Shown here: positions 1-12,517 of the stretch, one piece after another | Numbering within the stretch: the stretch's first letter is position 1 | Layout: every line of letters starts with the position of its first letter | NCBI RefSeq assembly: GCF_001194135.2 | Contig: NC_068985.1 | Span: 40,693,311 to 40,757,310 of the forward strand | From: Octopus bimaculoides | Lineage: Eukaryota | Length of the DNA stretch: 64,000 nucleotides | Reading direction: 5' to 3' | Position numbers and translations under genes: made by a program | Notes under the pieces: model-generated | The model's input: only the letters and a program-made list of their open reading frames with translations | Told to the model about the DNA's origin: nothing | Database searches by the model: none

Positions 1-387
1 TTCAAAGTTCACTCTGTTGCAAGCATTTGGGCCAGGTCTTCAGTTTAAGGATACCTTCCTCACACCCTCTAACCAGTCTTAGAGGCCCTCTAAAGTGTCA
101 TGTGCATTACCTTCCCTCTTGACTAAAAGACGTGATGTGTACGTTGCATGCTTGCACATGCAGATGCTCCAGGATAGACTTACATTCAACCCATGTGATT
201 ACTTGTTACAGATGCATTCTACCTTTGAGACAGCCTTATAAGATATAGTTCTTTATACAAGATGTGGAATAAGTTACTGTACTTTAAAATGTGTACTGCT
301 AATGTAATTCTGAAGGAGAATCAGTGTGATGGTCCTCAGAATTATAGATATAGTCCATCCAACAGGCTTTCAAACAATTTCAAAATG

Positions 388-884
388 AAGTGATAGTATG
401 TTGTCAACTTAATGTGACAGTCCCATGAAAGGGAAGAATACTACTGTTATTTATCCCTAGGAAACACCATTTCCTGTGTCCTTATATTTTTAAAGTAGAG
501 ATAAGCACCTCTACTCAGCAAAGCCAGCATCCAGAGACTAGTTTCCGAGTCATTGCTCATGCTCTCAGAGATTTAGAAATGTATTATTTCTATTTTAAAA
601 AATCAGTGAATGTATTTCACTTGAAATATATATGTTTTCAAAGGCGGATAGGCATCGACAGCTAGCAGGCCATGCTACTCCAGACTGATGATGAGCAATG
701 ATTTTGAAACTAGTCTCTGGATGTTGGCTTTGCTGGGTGGAGATGCTTAACTCGATTTTGAAAACATAAAGACACAGGAAATGTGTTAAGTCCAACAGGA
801 AACGGTGTTTCCTAGGGCTAAATAACAGTAGCATTCTTCCCTTCCATGGGACTGTCACATTAAGTTGACAACATACTATCACTT
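388..884. repeat. Long imperfect inverted repeat (arms 388-560 and 691-884)
   Basis: The left arm AAGTGATAGTATGTTGTCAAC...GTCATTGCTCAT is the reverse complement of the right arm ATGAGCAATGA...GTTGACAACATACTATCACTT, apart from substitutions and an insertion of about 20 nt. Confidence 0.9.
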
Positions 885-1742
885 TATCAAGAGATACAAC
901 AGGGCAGGATGGATAAAATTATTAGTGTGTTAGACAAAAAATGCCTTGCAGTATTTATCCCAACTCTTTATATCTATGTTCAAATTTCACTGTGGTTAAC
1001 TTTACCTTTCAAACCTTCTAGAGATCAATAAAAGCACTAGTCAATTTAGTGCAAAACTCCACCTTCCAAATTTATGACCTTGTGACTGATAGGCATTATT
1101 ATAAAGCGAAACAATGACTGTGAGGTTAAGGTGTAGACTATTGACCACATCATCATCATCATCATCATCATCATTTTAACTACTACTTTTCCATGTTTGT
1201 ATGGGACAGATGGAGTTTATTGAGGCAGTTTTTCTATGGTTAGATACCATCCTTGTCAATTCTTACCCATTTCCAAGTGAGGTAATAATTCTCTATGGCC
1301 AGACTTGTTTTCACAGAATACTGGAAATGAATGACATTCATTTACAACAATCACACAATGTGAAGACAAGGAGACACAAACAAACACAATGGGCTATATT
1401 GGAGAACACTTGCCAGAGTGCCATGTAATGGGACTGTCCCTGAAACCATGGGGTTGGGAAGCAAACTTCTCAACCACATAGCTATGCCTGCATCTGTAAC
1501 CACATGGCTTTAAATCCAAATTTCACTGTAAAAGGCTTACTCCACCTTACCTGGCTAATGTAGTATGTCTCAATTATGAACTGGCAAACAATTCTATTTT
1601 CATACACCAACAATTGTACAAATTTTCTTAGGGATTCATTCAGTAAGGTCCAAGACATATCTGAAGTTTGCTCCTTGACTAATTTTGATTTTTCTTCAAA
1701 TATTTCTTCCTAGTTAGCTTTATGAAAATACCCTTCATATTA

Positions 1743-3174
1743 TCAGGTCATCCCATAAGTTCTGTCCGATTTTACCTTTTTTAAAATTGAATGAAATTTA
1801 ATACTAGTTTAGAATGTCTAATGGAATTAAAAATTATTTTTATGCATTTGTGTACATTTAAACTAATTAAATATTATTTTACAGAATAATAGAATTGAAA
1901 TTTCTTTGATTAAAATCCTTTCTAACATGGGAGTATCCAAAGAGCATTTGAGGCACATAATGCTTTATGAGTACTAAAAAGGAAACTCTGCAGCCGAAGC
2001 GACTCAAAACATACACTCAGTTTATGGGAAAGAATGCTTGAATGAAAGAACTTGCAAAAGATGGTTTGCAAAATTCAAAAGTGGAGATTTCAGCCTTGAA
2101 GATGAAGNNNNNNNNNNNNNNNNNNNNNNNNNNNNNNNNNNNNNNNNNNNNNNNNNNNNNNNNNNNNNNNNNNNNNNNNNNNNNNNNNNNNNNNNNNNNN
2201 NNNNNNNNNNNNNNNNNNNNNNNNNNNNNNNNNNNNNNNNNNNNNNNNNNNNNNNNNNNNNNNNNNNNNNNNNNNNNNNNNNNNNNNNNNNNNNNNNNNN
2301 NNNNNNNNNNNNNTCCTGCATTATCAGTTGAAGAATTGGCAATAAAGCTTAGTTCAAACCATACAACTGTTCATCGTCATCTTCAATGACTTGGAAAGGT
2401 TCCTAAACTTGGAAAATGGGTGCCTCATGAATTGTCTGAAAGCAACAGCAAATCCAGAGTTGATATCTGCTCTTCTTTCCATTCTTGTGAACTCATTTCA
2501 CCCTTTTTGGATAGACATGTGACTGGTGACGAAAAATGGATCTTCTATCGAAATGTTAAATGTCGTAAACACTGGTTTGGTAAAAGGGAAAAAGCTCAAC
2601 CACAACCGAGAAGGGAACTTCACGGGAAAAAGGTTCTTCTCTCTATCTGGTGGGATTGCAAAGGAGTAATTCACTTTGAATTGTTACCACCTAATGCAAC
2701 AATCAATGCTCAAGTCTACTGTCAGCAATTAGAGCATTTGAACCAAGCTTTGAAGAAAAAAGACCCGCTTTAGTGAATCATGAAGGAGTGATGTTTCATC
2801 AGGACAATGCGTGACCCCACACTGCAAAGATCACATCACAGAAGATCGAAGAGCTTGGTTGGGAAAAAATTCCTCGTCCACCTTATTCTCCCAACCTTGC
2901 TCCTTCAGACTACCATTTGTTTCGTAGTTTACAGAATCATTTATGGGACATAACTTTCACAAGCCAGGAGGAGGTCGAAATTGACATTTCAGAGTTCTTC
3001 GCTTTGAAACCAAAAGAGTTTTACATTGATGGAATTAAAAAACTTGTAAAAAGATGGAAGGAAGTCATAGATAATCAGGGAAAGTACATTGATGATTAAA
3101 TTTCAATTAAATATAACATTTGATCACTTGTTTTCTTTACTCAAAATTCAGACAGAACTTATGGGATGACCTGA
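1743..3174 (+). mobile_element. Near-full-length mariner (DD34D) transposon, inactive
   Basis: TIRs TCAGGTCATCCCATAAGTTCTGTC at both ends, with TA TSDs at 1741-1742 and 3175-3176. The transposase relic runs from ATG 1927 to stop 3099 with WMPHEL, VTGDEKW, HQDNA*PH and YSPNLAPSDYHLF motifs; it has in-frame stops, frameshifts and an N-gap at 2108-2313. Confidence 0.95.
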
Positions 3175-3269
3175 TAACTATTATTTTCATATGCTATCTC
3201 ACAATTATAGAATTTATAGACAATTCTATTTTCCAATAAATTTCAATCTTGTACATTTGTTTAGTGATA

Positions 3270-3928
3270 GCCCGTTGCCTATGCCAGTGGGTGTAACCAG
3301 CCCACTTATGAATACCCCTCATTCATTGGACAATAAACTTTGCTTGCGAAGACCTATTGAGGCAAGTGAAATCAAATCAAAATTACTGACATGGCCGATG
3401 ACAGTACCGCCTGATTGGCACTCGTGCCAGTGGAACGTTAAAAGCACATCTGAGCGTGATTGTTGCTAGGGCCAAATATTGGCTCTCGTGCCAGTGGCAC
3501 ATAAAAAGCACCATTCAAGTGTGATCGTTGCCAGCGTCGCCTAACCAGCAAATGTGCCGGTGGCACTTGTAAAACAACATTCGAGTGTGGTCGTTGCCAG
3601 TACCGCTGGACTGGCTCCCATGCAGGTAGCACGTAAAAAACACCATTTGAGCCTGGTCGTTGCCAGAACCGCCTGACCGGCCCTCGTACTGNNNNNNNNN
3701 NCTGGTCGTTGCCAGAACCGCCTGACTGGCCCTCGTACTGGTGACACGTAAAAGCACCAACTACACTCTCAGAGTGGTTGGTGTTAGGAAGGGCATCTGG
3801 CTGTAGAAACTTTGCCAGGTCAGATTGAGCCTAGGTGCAGCCTTCTGGCTCACAAGTCCTCAGTCAAACCGTCCAACCCATGCCAGCATGGAAAGCAGAC
3901 GCTAAACGATGACGATGATGATGATGAT
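3270..3928 (+). mobile_element. RTE LINE 3' UTR fragment with tandem hairpin array and (GAT)n tail
   Basis: Matches the sequence after the stop codon of the long RTE copy (50185-50580). It ends in the CCATGC-CA-GCATGG hairpin and GATGATGAT. Confidence 0.85.
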
Positions 3929-5551
3929 CCTTTCATCACAACTTCAGCAAGTACAATGAAAGCTGTTTTACTGATGAAGTCATAAAACCAAAAACATGAC
4001 TAAAGTTGTCTTCCCATTCTTTTAGGAAAAATTAGAAAAACAATTTCAAGTTATTTTTCTCACCACACATTACTAGTTATGTTTTTAAAGTTGCATAGAT
4101 TAGGATATATTAACACTGTTATAAAACAGGCATCACTAGTTTGTCATGATTAAGTGGCTAGCTGCAAGAATAACACTGACTTGTAAAACAAATTGCATCG
4201 GCTATTGGAGAAAACATCACATCACAGCCAGACAAGAAAAGAGAAATGGATGCAAAGCAGTAAAATGAAAAGAAAAGAAAATCCTATGATTTTGTTTCAT
4301 GAAAATAAACAAATTTATCACATGAACCACACCCAGTTTACTGTGGTGATAATAACTAATTAGTGTTAGTAATAATGGTTTTACATTTTGGCACAGAGCC
4401 AGCAATTTTTAGTGATTTGGGTAAGTCAATGACATTGACCCCAGTGCTCATCAATTGGTATTTATTTTATCAAGTCTGGAAGGATGAAAGGCAAAGTCAA
4501 ACTTTGGTGGAATTTGAACTCAGAATGTAAAACCAAAAGAAATGTTGCTAAGCATTTTGTTTGCCATGGTACTGATTGTACAAGTTCCTGCTTTTGCTAG
4601 TAATTAGTTGCCAGTAGTAGTAGTAGTTATAAGAAACACCAGTAGCAGTTGCTGTAATGACAGTGATCATGTAAAAATAGTAGTAATATGAAATATTTAG
4701 AGCTGGTAGGAGTAGTAGCAGTAATAGTGGTATTAAGAAGTGATAACTGCAGTAGTAAAAGTAGCAGTGGTAGCCCACTGCTCTGCATGATCTGAGCACA
4801 ACATCCAAACTATTCTAATTACTTCTTAGAGAAACAGATTGAAGAATGTAAGTAAAACTCTACATATTTGACTCAACAGAAGCAAACAGCCAGGAAGTGG
4901 TTTCAGACTTCACACTGCATGTGTGTCACAACACAGATAACAGCCTACAGGCAAGTGGTTATATGGCTATATATAGAATAGAGGTGGTAACAGTGAATAA
5001 GAAATATTTTGATATGCAGTAAATTTCAATTTGCAAGTGATTGCATTTAAATTTAATGCATATGATTAAGTGGACGACCAATGATGGAGGGTAGCAGACA
5101 AATGAACGAACCAACCAGCTGAGAGATTAATGGGTTCAAATTTTGTCACTAACCTCATACTTTACCCTTGGCATAGACACTTAAATCTCAAAATCCTCAG
5201 GTCACTTGGCTCTGAATAGGGTATAAGAAGTATTTGCCACAGTAAACAGCTGCAGTGGTTTGTTAGCTTGTAAGGTTGAGTTCAACTATTCAGGCCAACA
5301 ACAGCCTCTAAATAGTCACACAACCTGCTAGAAACAGCAGCTAAAATCTTAAAATCAGATGCTAATTTTAAAAATGGAAAGGTTACAGTGAAATAATACA
5401 GTTCAATATGCCCTTACAAAGACATTCATGACTGGAGTGTCAATGATCAGAGACCTGCTTGTATTTAAGTAAAACTAAGCTTCCACACTTAACATTTGTT
5501 GACCTGAAGATTGCTGTCAACAGGAAGCCTTGTTCTGTGACCTGGTGGTTT

Positions 5552-6652
5552 CTGACAAAGCTAGCGGGTAGATGAATGGCTTGTGAGAACTATACAAGTC
5601 ATATACAGAGATGCTGTCAGCAAGGTTACAGTTAGCAATGAGTACAGCGATGAGTTTAATGTGCACATAAGAGTTCATCAAAGCTTGGCTCTCAGTTTCC
5701 TATTCATCATAGTCTTCCTAGTCATAATAGACAAGTTTAAGATTAGTTGCTTGTGGGAACTGATATATGCTGAATTCTGTAGGAGAATTAGAAAAGAAAC
5801 TTCCTGTATGGAAGCAAAGGATCTCAAAAATCAATCTAGTGAAGACATAAGTCCTAGTAAGTAGGAAAACAGACAAATCCTTGTTTCCATAAGAGAAATG
5901 GTCTTGCTCAATATGTACAAAAGTGTAGGCTGAAATTCTATACATTGTGCCCATGCAAACTGTGGGCACATAAGAGATGCAGTGGTATCAAAGGCAGGTT
6001 AAAAGTGAAAATAGACTTTGTATGTGGCAGGTGCTCAGGAGCAATAAGTACTACAAGCATATGGAAAAGAGTTTTTGACAAATGCACAAGTGGATTTTTT
6101 TGTGGTAGTAGATACTTTCTGTTCCATTAGTGGCCTAATTAGTAATGAAGGTGGAGGTCTCAAAAGTATAGTTGCTACAATATGAACAGACTGGAGAAAG
6201 CTTGGAGAGATTTTACTTCTGCTAGTAGCAAAAGGATTTTCTCTCTCAAAATGAAAAGGCAGCTTGTATGACACTTGCTTACTAACTGCAATGCTACATG
6301 GTAGTGAGACATGGGCCCTGAATGCAGAGGACTTGTGAAGATTAGGAAGAAACGAAACTAGCATGTTTCACTGGATGTACAACACAAGTGTGCATAAACA
6401 ATGAATTACAAATGGGCATAAGAGGAATCAAGATATAGTCTGCAAGAAAGTAGACTGCACAGGTATGGACATGTAATGCATATGGATGAGAATAGCCGTA
6501 TAAAGACGTTCTCATCTTTTAAGAGAGAGACTCAAGAAGTTACGAGATAAAGTAGTAAAAGCTGATCTCAGGACTTTGAACCTCATGAAGATGAAAACGG
6601 ACTAGGATGACCGGAGATATATGGTGCTTAAGAAGACCCACCCATCATGCAA
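5552..6652 (+). mobile_element. Degenerate RTE LINE fragment (RT C-terminal half with PHD-like insert)
   Basis: VHIRVHQSLALS..FIIV, CKFSCLWELIYA, CKLWAHKRCSGIKGRLKVKIDFVCGRC and later RTE C-terminal motifs, with many stops and indels. Confidence 0.85.
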
Positions 6653-7612
6653 ACACAATGTATGTGTGTACATATACATACACACATATTATGCCCCCAG
6701 CACGATTTTCTTCTCAAGCCTTTGCCACCACTCATTATTTCTATAATCTACCTCTTCATTTTCTTCATAATTGTATTATTTTATGTCTGTTATTAAAATG
6801 GGAGTAAAACTACATATTTCATCATCTTATTCTGTGATACTAGTTATCTTTCTCACTTAGCAGAACCACTTCACACCGTATTCATCCACAATTATTAATA
6901 TTGTCCTTCTGCACTTGCATTTTATACTGATCACCCTTGTGTGCTACCAAAATTATCTCTCCTTCTCAATCACCGTACACATCTCACTCTCCTCCAGTAC
7001 TACATCTGCCTCTCCTCTCACTCTCACCATTTCCCTGTATGCTGTATATTTAATATTCTGTTATTCCTCACCTACTTCTGTCCTGCCAGTCATCACTTAT
7101 TCTTCCCTACATTCCCCTATCACATTGTATTTATAACCAAATTAACCTATGTTTTTTAAAGTGGAATTTGATGTACTGAAACCGGTTGCATGTGTGTATT
7201 ACTGATGCAAAATGGTGTTGCAGTTGCATCTCTCTATGTAACAGGATAACCGTGCCAATCAATAAACAGAAATTGATAAAATAAATATCAGACTGAAATA
7301 ATTACTGGGATTGATATGTTAGCCTAAAACCCTTGATGGATGTAATTAATATAAAAGGATTAGGAGATAAGCAGCTGGCAAGAAAGGTGCCAGTTACTAG
7401 GCTCTCAGTTCATTAGATAGTTGATGATAATCTTTTTGTTTTAACGATTTTCCATCTTTCTTCCTAACATGGAAATTTTCTCCTAAGTACCTTAGAGGTT
7501 TTGCAAATACTGAACCAACCTTAATAGGTTTGGATCTGGATTATGGTTAGAATTGAAAGATAAACACCAAGATATTGAGGAAGATAGTATCTTCCCACCT
7601 CCTAGTACTTAC

Positions 7613-7778
7613 TTTGGTATTCGCCACCATTCATCATCTGCTATAGCAGCTCTTCCCAACTGTCCTCTGCTGTTATCTCCCCAGCTGTATACCTCACCAC
7701 CTGTGTGCAGCACCAAACTGTGATAGACACCAATTGCCACTCGCTTCACATACAGGTTCTTCAATGCGGCCACATGTA
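7613..7778 (-). CDS. HERC4: HERC4-like second coding exon, RCC1 repeat
   Basis: Acceptor TTTGCTTTACAG| at 7779/7778 and donor CCAAA|GTAAGT at 7613/7612; 166 nt, phase 1 in and phase 2 out. It splices in frame to the previous exon to give KSRTRL-V-HVAALKNLYVKRVAIGVYHSLVLHTGGEVYSWGDNSRGQLGRAAIADDEWWRIP, collinear with recalled HERC4 (KSRKKPEQVVALDAQNIVAVSCGEAHTLAL...WG..SDGQLG). Confidence 0.88.
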
Positions 7779-9536
7779 CTGTAAAGCAAAAAAGAACAAC
7801 AAAGTTTACATAAGTACAGTAAAAACAACACATCGTGGGAAGGGTACCTAAAGTTTAAAAGTTATATCTATATGAGGTGGTCTGCAAATATTTTAAATTT
7901 CAGTTAAACCCCCCACCACCACAACCACACAAGAAATGAGGATGATTAATCATTCTGATATGTACAAAAAGAAGCAACAATACTGCATGGGTGTGTGCAC
8001 ACATATCAGAAATACTAAGTCAAAGTGTACTGAACATTACCAGATGATAACTTTATTATTTTTTTATAAGATAGTGCTATGATTTTAAACGATACAGATG
8101 AGATTATGGTTAACAATGCAAAAATCAAATAGCGATTCACAGGAGCCAGTTACTTTATTTGTGAAACATTACAAAATAAAATAAAATACTTTTAAGATAA
8201 CATTAAAGTAACATACGTTAAGCTGGAGAAGTGCTGTTATTTTATTGCTCAACTGCAAGAGTTTTTCACATTAGATCCTGTAGAGCAAACTCAACACAGG
8301 TAAAAGACTCTAAAGATGCTCTCCACAATGTTACAAATATAAACTAAAAACAGACTATAAAAGAGACTAGCCTCATAACATGGAAAGCATTATCCTGCAT
8401 TTGAGAATAAAATTATTTCCTTGTCTGTATATTTCAATACATCTCAATGCTTCTAAAGCAAACTTACTTTGTTGACTTTCAACGTAAGTTGGATTTAACA
8501 TATATATATATATATATATATATATTACTATCATGAAATTAGCATTAGCTTATCTCACTTTCTTGCAGAACCCCTAGGAACCTTTTGTGGAACTCCGGCT
8601 GAGAAACGCTGAACTAAACACTTGACATCCCCACTTAAACAAAGATTGGGCACCTGAACAGTCATTTTTTCTTTTTGTTAAGGAGTCTGAAATAGAGCAA
8701 GAAAGACTGTTCATAGCTCCTTTGGGGCCCTTATAAAGTGAGTGATTAGTCAATAGAAATGGTGTGAGGGAAGGACATTCTGCTTGAACTGTTGCAGGTT
8801 AGTAGTTCAATAAACAATGTTGCTTGCAGTTGTTAGAAGACAGGATTGGGGTTAAGTGCTTATGAGGTGTGGATGGACTACTTATTCAAGTGTGGGTGTT
8901 ATGTAATCCAAGGTCAACTTTGATCAAGCAGACCTATGGCATGCAAATAATCAGTCAGACACCCAACAAATCTATTGCTTCATGTATACCATACCTCTGC
9001 TTAGCTGAAAACAACACTGGGTGCACAGAGAATGCAATGGTTGACTGTGTGGAGTGAAGTGCAAAAGTTTGGATACATTCTATCCTCTCCACTGCCCAGT
9101 CTATTACATACACTTGTAATTGTTTAAACTAAGTTAGTTCTAACTGAGCAAATCTATGATCAAAGGCATTTTTTTCTCAGCTATAGTTATCTAACATTAC
9201 ATCATCAAATGTGGCCTTGTTTTTTCAAGGATAGCAAAATTTGATTTTAAGATTTGGTTAGCAAAAGAAATGGCTATGTAAAGGTTCCCTTATTGGCTTT
9301 TCTGCATAATTGTGGATCCTGATGGCAGCCATAAGGAAGTCAGCAGGAATGACAAAGTAGTAATGATATGAGGTGTGGCAGTGAATGAATTAAGATTAAG
9401 AGTAGTACAAAATTAGTGTGTTTATACCAGATCAGAGGCTATTATAGTAGTTAGGAGGCTGAACTGAACAGAACTAGATAGGGAGTTAGCAGTTAATGTA
9501 TTGATCATTCTTTATTTCGACTAGATACAATCTAGA

Positions 9537-9578
<42 letters not shown>

Positions 9579-12517
9579 CTATGTGTCTTAAATGTGTGAA
9601 TGTTACTCTAGTGTAGAGGAAGTACTTTTCTGTGTAAATGCTGTGTTAGAAACTGTTTAAGGCCAACATTTTGTTTTGGCTTTGAAGAGGAAATCCAACC
9701 TTTTATGATACACACAATGAGCTATGTGAAGAATGCAGTCAAAGGTGGGACAATAAGACCTACAGACACCATACACCAATGTATAGGTCCACTTAACTAA
9801 GTCAGTTAAATTGTATATATATTCAGCACACACACACACACACACACACAGATTTTATTCTCTTGATAGTCTTTCAAGTGATGGTTTTAAAACAAAGTTA
9901 CAAAACCAAGATCAAGTTAGGGTAAATAAATTTTAGGTATTTGAACTTGATATCATTTATAGAAAATTTTAGAAGTATGAAAAAAAAAAGAAGTTAACTC
10001 AGTGTTGATGGACATTCTTCCATAAAGATACTGACCACACATTGTTCATCCACCCCAACTCTCCAATTTATAAATATATCTCCTTCAAGCCATAAGGAGT
10101 TAGTGCTCAGTCTCATTTTCTGGGCATGACATAAATGGTAGATATATCTTCCACTGGATATATCCTAGTCTATCATACATAACATTTCCAAATAATCTGC
10201 TAACTACTCCCTTGACAAATAAAAGAAACGAACTACTATAGATCAAAATGTTCTACCCTAGAACAACAGAAAGGTTGCAACAGATTTTAACTATTGACCA
10301 ACAACCAATGAATATGGAATATGTATGCTATTTGTCAGCCACCTTACTTAAACATAAACCAGTTGTTATTTAACCCCAGGGCAGCCCTCATCCAGCAGGC
10401 TTATGAGCAAAGATATTCTTCTGTTTTTATGATAGGTATGATTTGAGAGAGATTTGACTGGTATTTCTAATAGATCAAGAGAGCATGTAGAAACTTCTTC
10501 ATGGACATAGTCCAATTCAGCTGTTATTGTTTAACCTCTGATAATCTATGATCCAACAGGGTTACAACCAGAAACACTTAGCTGTGCTCAGCTCATCTAT
10601 TATTCAACCACACTGTATCTAGTACTACATTATCCAATGTGACTTTCTTTAAAACAGTAGCTTATGATTTGAAGAAGATTTTGCTGCTATTTCTTCTAGC
10701 AAAATGAGTAACCATTTAGAGTCTCCCTTGTTAGTTCCTTGTTGTTGTGAGGAGTGTCTTCACTCATTTCCTGACATCAACATATGAAGATGATAAATAA
10801 GAAAACAAAAATTAAAAAACTATAGCTGCAGCTACTGCAGTTTATGAGATGTTATATTAATACAGCAATAGATGTAGTTTAGGTGGGATAGTAGAACAGA
10901 AATATTGCAAAAGATGGTACTAGAAAAGCAAGAAAAAAAAAACATAACACGTAAGCATTCAACAGATTAATGTTGATGCCTATCATCTAACACCACTACT
11001 ATTCAAACACCATGATGACAGAAAAAGATGAATTACAGAGATGTTTCACTGAACATGTCCTGACTTGCAAACTCATAAGTTCCTATGCATCAAGGATGAC
11101 GCTATGTGGGTTGCTAAGTAAAAAAAAACAAAAAAACTAGACATGTGATTATGTGGAGAGAGAGAGATTGCTTGTTATAAGGAATAATGGTTGTAAGCCC
11201 AAGGTACTAGACCATTGATCCGATGGGCAGTAGTTCAAATTTTACTATAGTGCCTGTGTTGTCCCTGCTTCAGTCAATTAGTAACAGCTGGAAAAAGCAA
11301 CAATCCCACCAGAAATAACTTCTACTTGACAGCTGATAGTTAGAAGAACATTAAGGGTCCAAGCTTTACCATAGTCACTGTGAAGCACCTTAACCAACTT
11401 GGCTCAGACTGAAAAACAGACAAGTTGGTCTACTTCTGCTTCACAAATTGGGTGGTTAATGGTAGAGTATAAAGAGTTCAAACTAGAAGATAAACATTTT
11501 TGCTGAAGTAATTCTGATATGCTGTTAGTCAAAGCAGAAATCTCCACTACAGCCAGTGGTGGCTGACAACAAGTCCCACTTCTATTTCTACTTTATAGAT
11601 TTGTTCGTAGTAGGATGGGTAGGTACTGTTGTAGAAAGATGAAGTGTTAGAAAAAAAGAAAAAAAAACACCACAAATTATATAGTAATCCAAGTTATTAC
11701 AGCATCACAGTTTAGTACAGTAAGAAGAAAGTAAAAAATAAAGGAAGAAAAACTGAAAGCTATTGTTAAACAACCATAAATATTTGGGTGCAGAAATGGC
11801 TGTGTCGTAAGAAGTTTGCTTCCTAACTACATGGCTTTGGGTTCAGTTTCACTGCATGGCACCTTGTGCAAGTGTCTTCTACTACAGCCTTGGGCTGACC
11901 AAAACTCTGAGTGAAACCAGCCTGTTTATATGTGTATGTATGAATGTGTTACTATTTTCTTGCCTTGCTTTCATGTAATAGTGTGTGCCCCGCCCCATCA
12001 TACAAGCAGTGACTTTTATTTTCCATTTCCTTACTTTAATACAGGTGAGGGTGGGGACAGGAAGAGCATCCAGCAATAGAAAAATCTGCCTCAACAAATT
12101 TTGTCCAACCCATGCAAACATAGAAAAGTGGATGTGAAAACAATGAGGATGAATTTTTATACTGAACTTTGAAAAATTGCAGTGATAGAGGAAGGAAAGA
12201 ACATTAGTAAAGGCTAAATAAAGAATTGAACTTGCAACATGTAGGTCAACTTGAGCTTGAATCTCTTGCAAATGCTGTTTTGCACTTAGGAGTGATCTGT
12301 GATTTTTCATTTACTTTGTGGTATTAATAATACCCCTTTAGATTTAGAATTAAATACATGTTCAGGATGATTGACTTTCATCCTTCCAAGGAGCAGATAA
12401 AATCAGTATTGAGGTCAATTAAATTAACTGTGTTCAGCCCTAAAATTCATAGATTTGTACTGTTTGTACTACGTACGACTAGAAATATCAGCAACATCAT
12501 TATGACAATAAGGAAAC

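Noticed and set aside
3395-3757. CRISPR-like appearance of the regular repeat array
   Set aside because: The units are wholly repeated with no unique spacers, lie in a LINE 3' UTR, and the context is a eukaryotic genome without cas genes.
1-7612. Search for the next HERC exon
   Set aside because: No further RCC1-like WG.N..GQLG segment with splice sites was found by eye; the exon probably lies left of the window.
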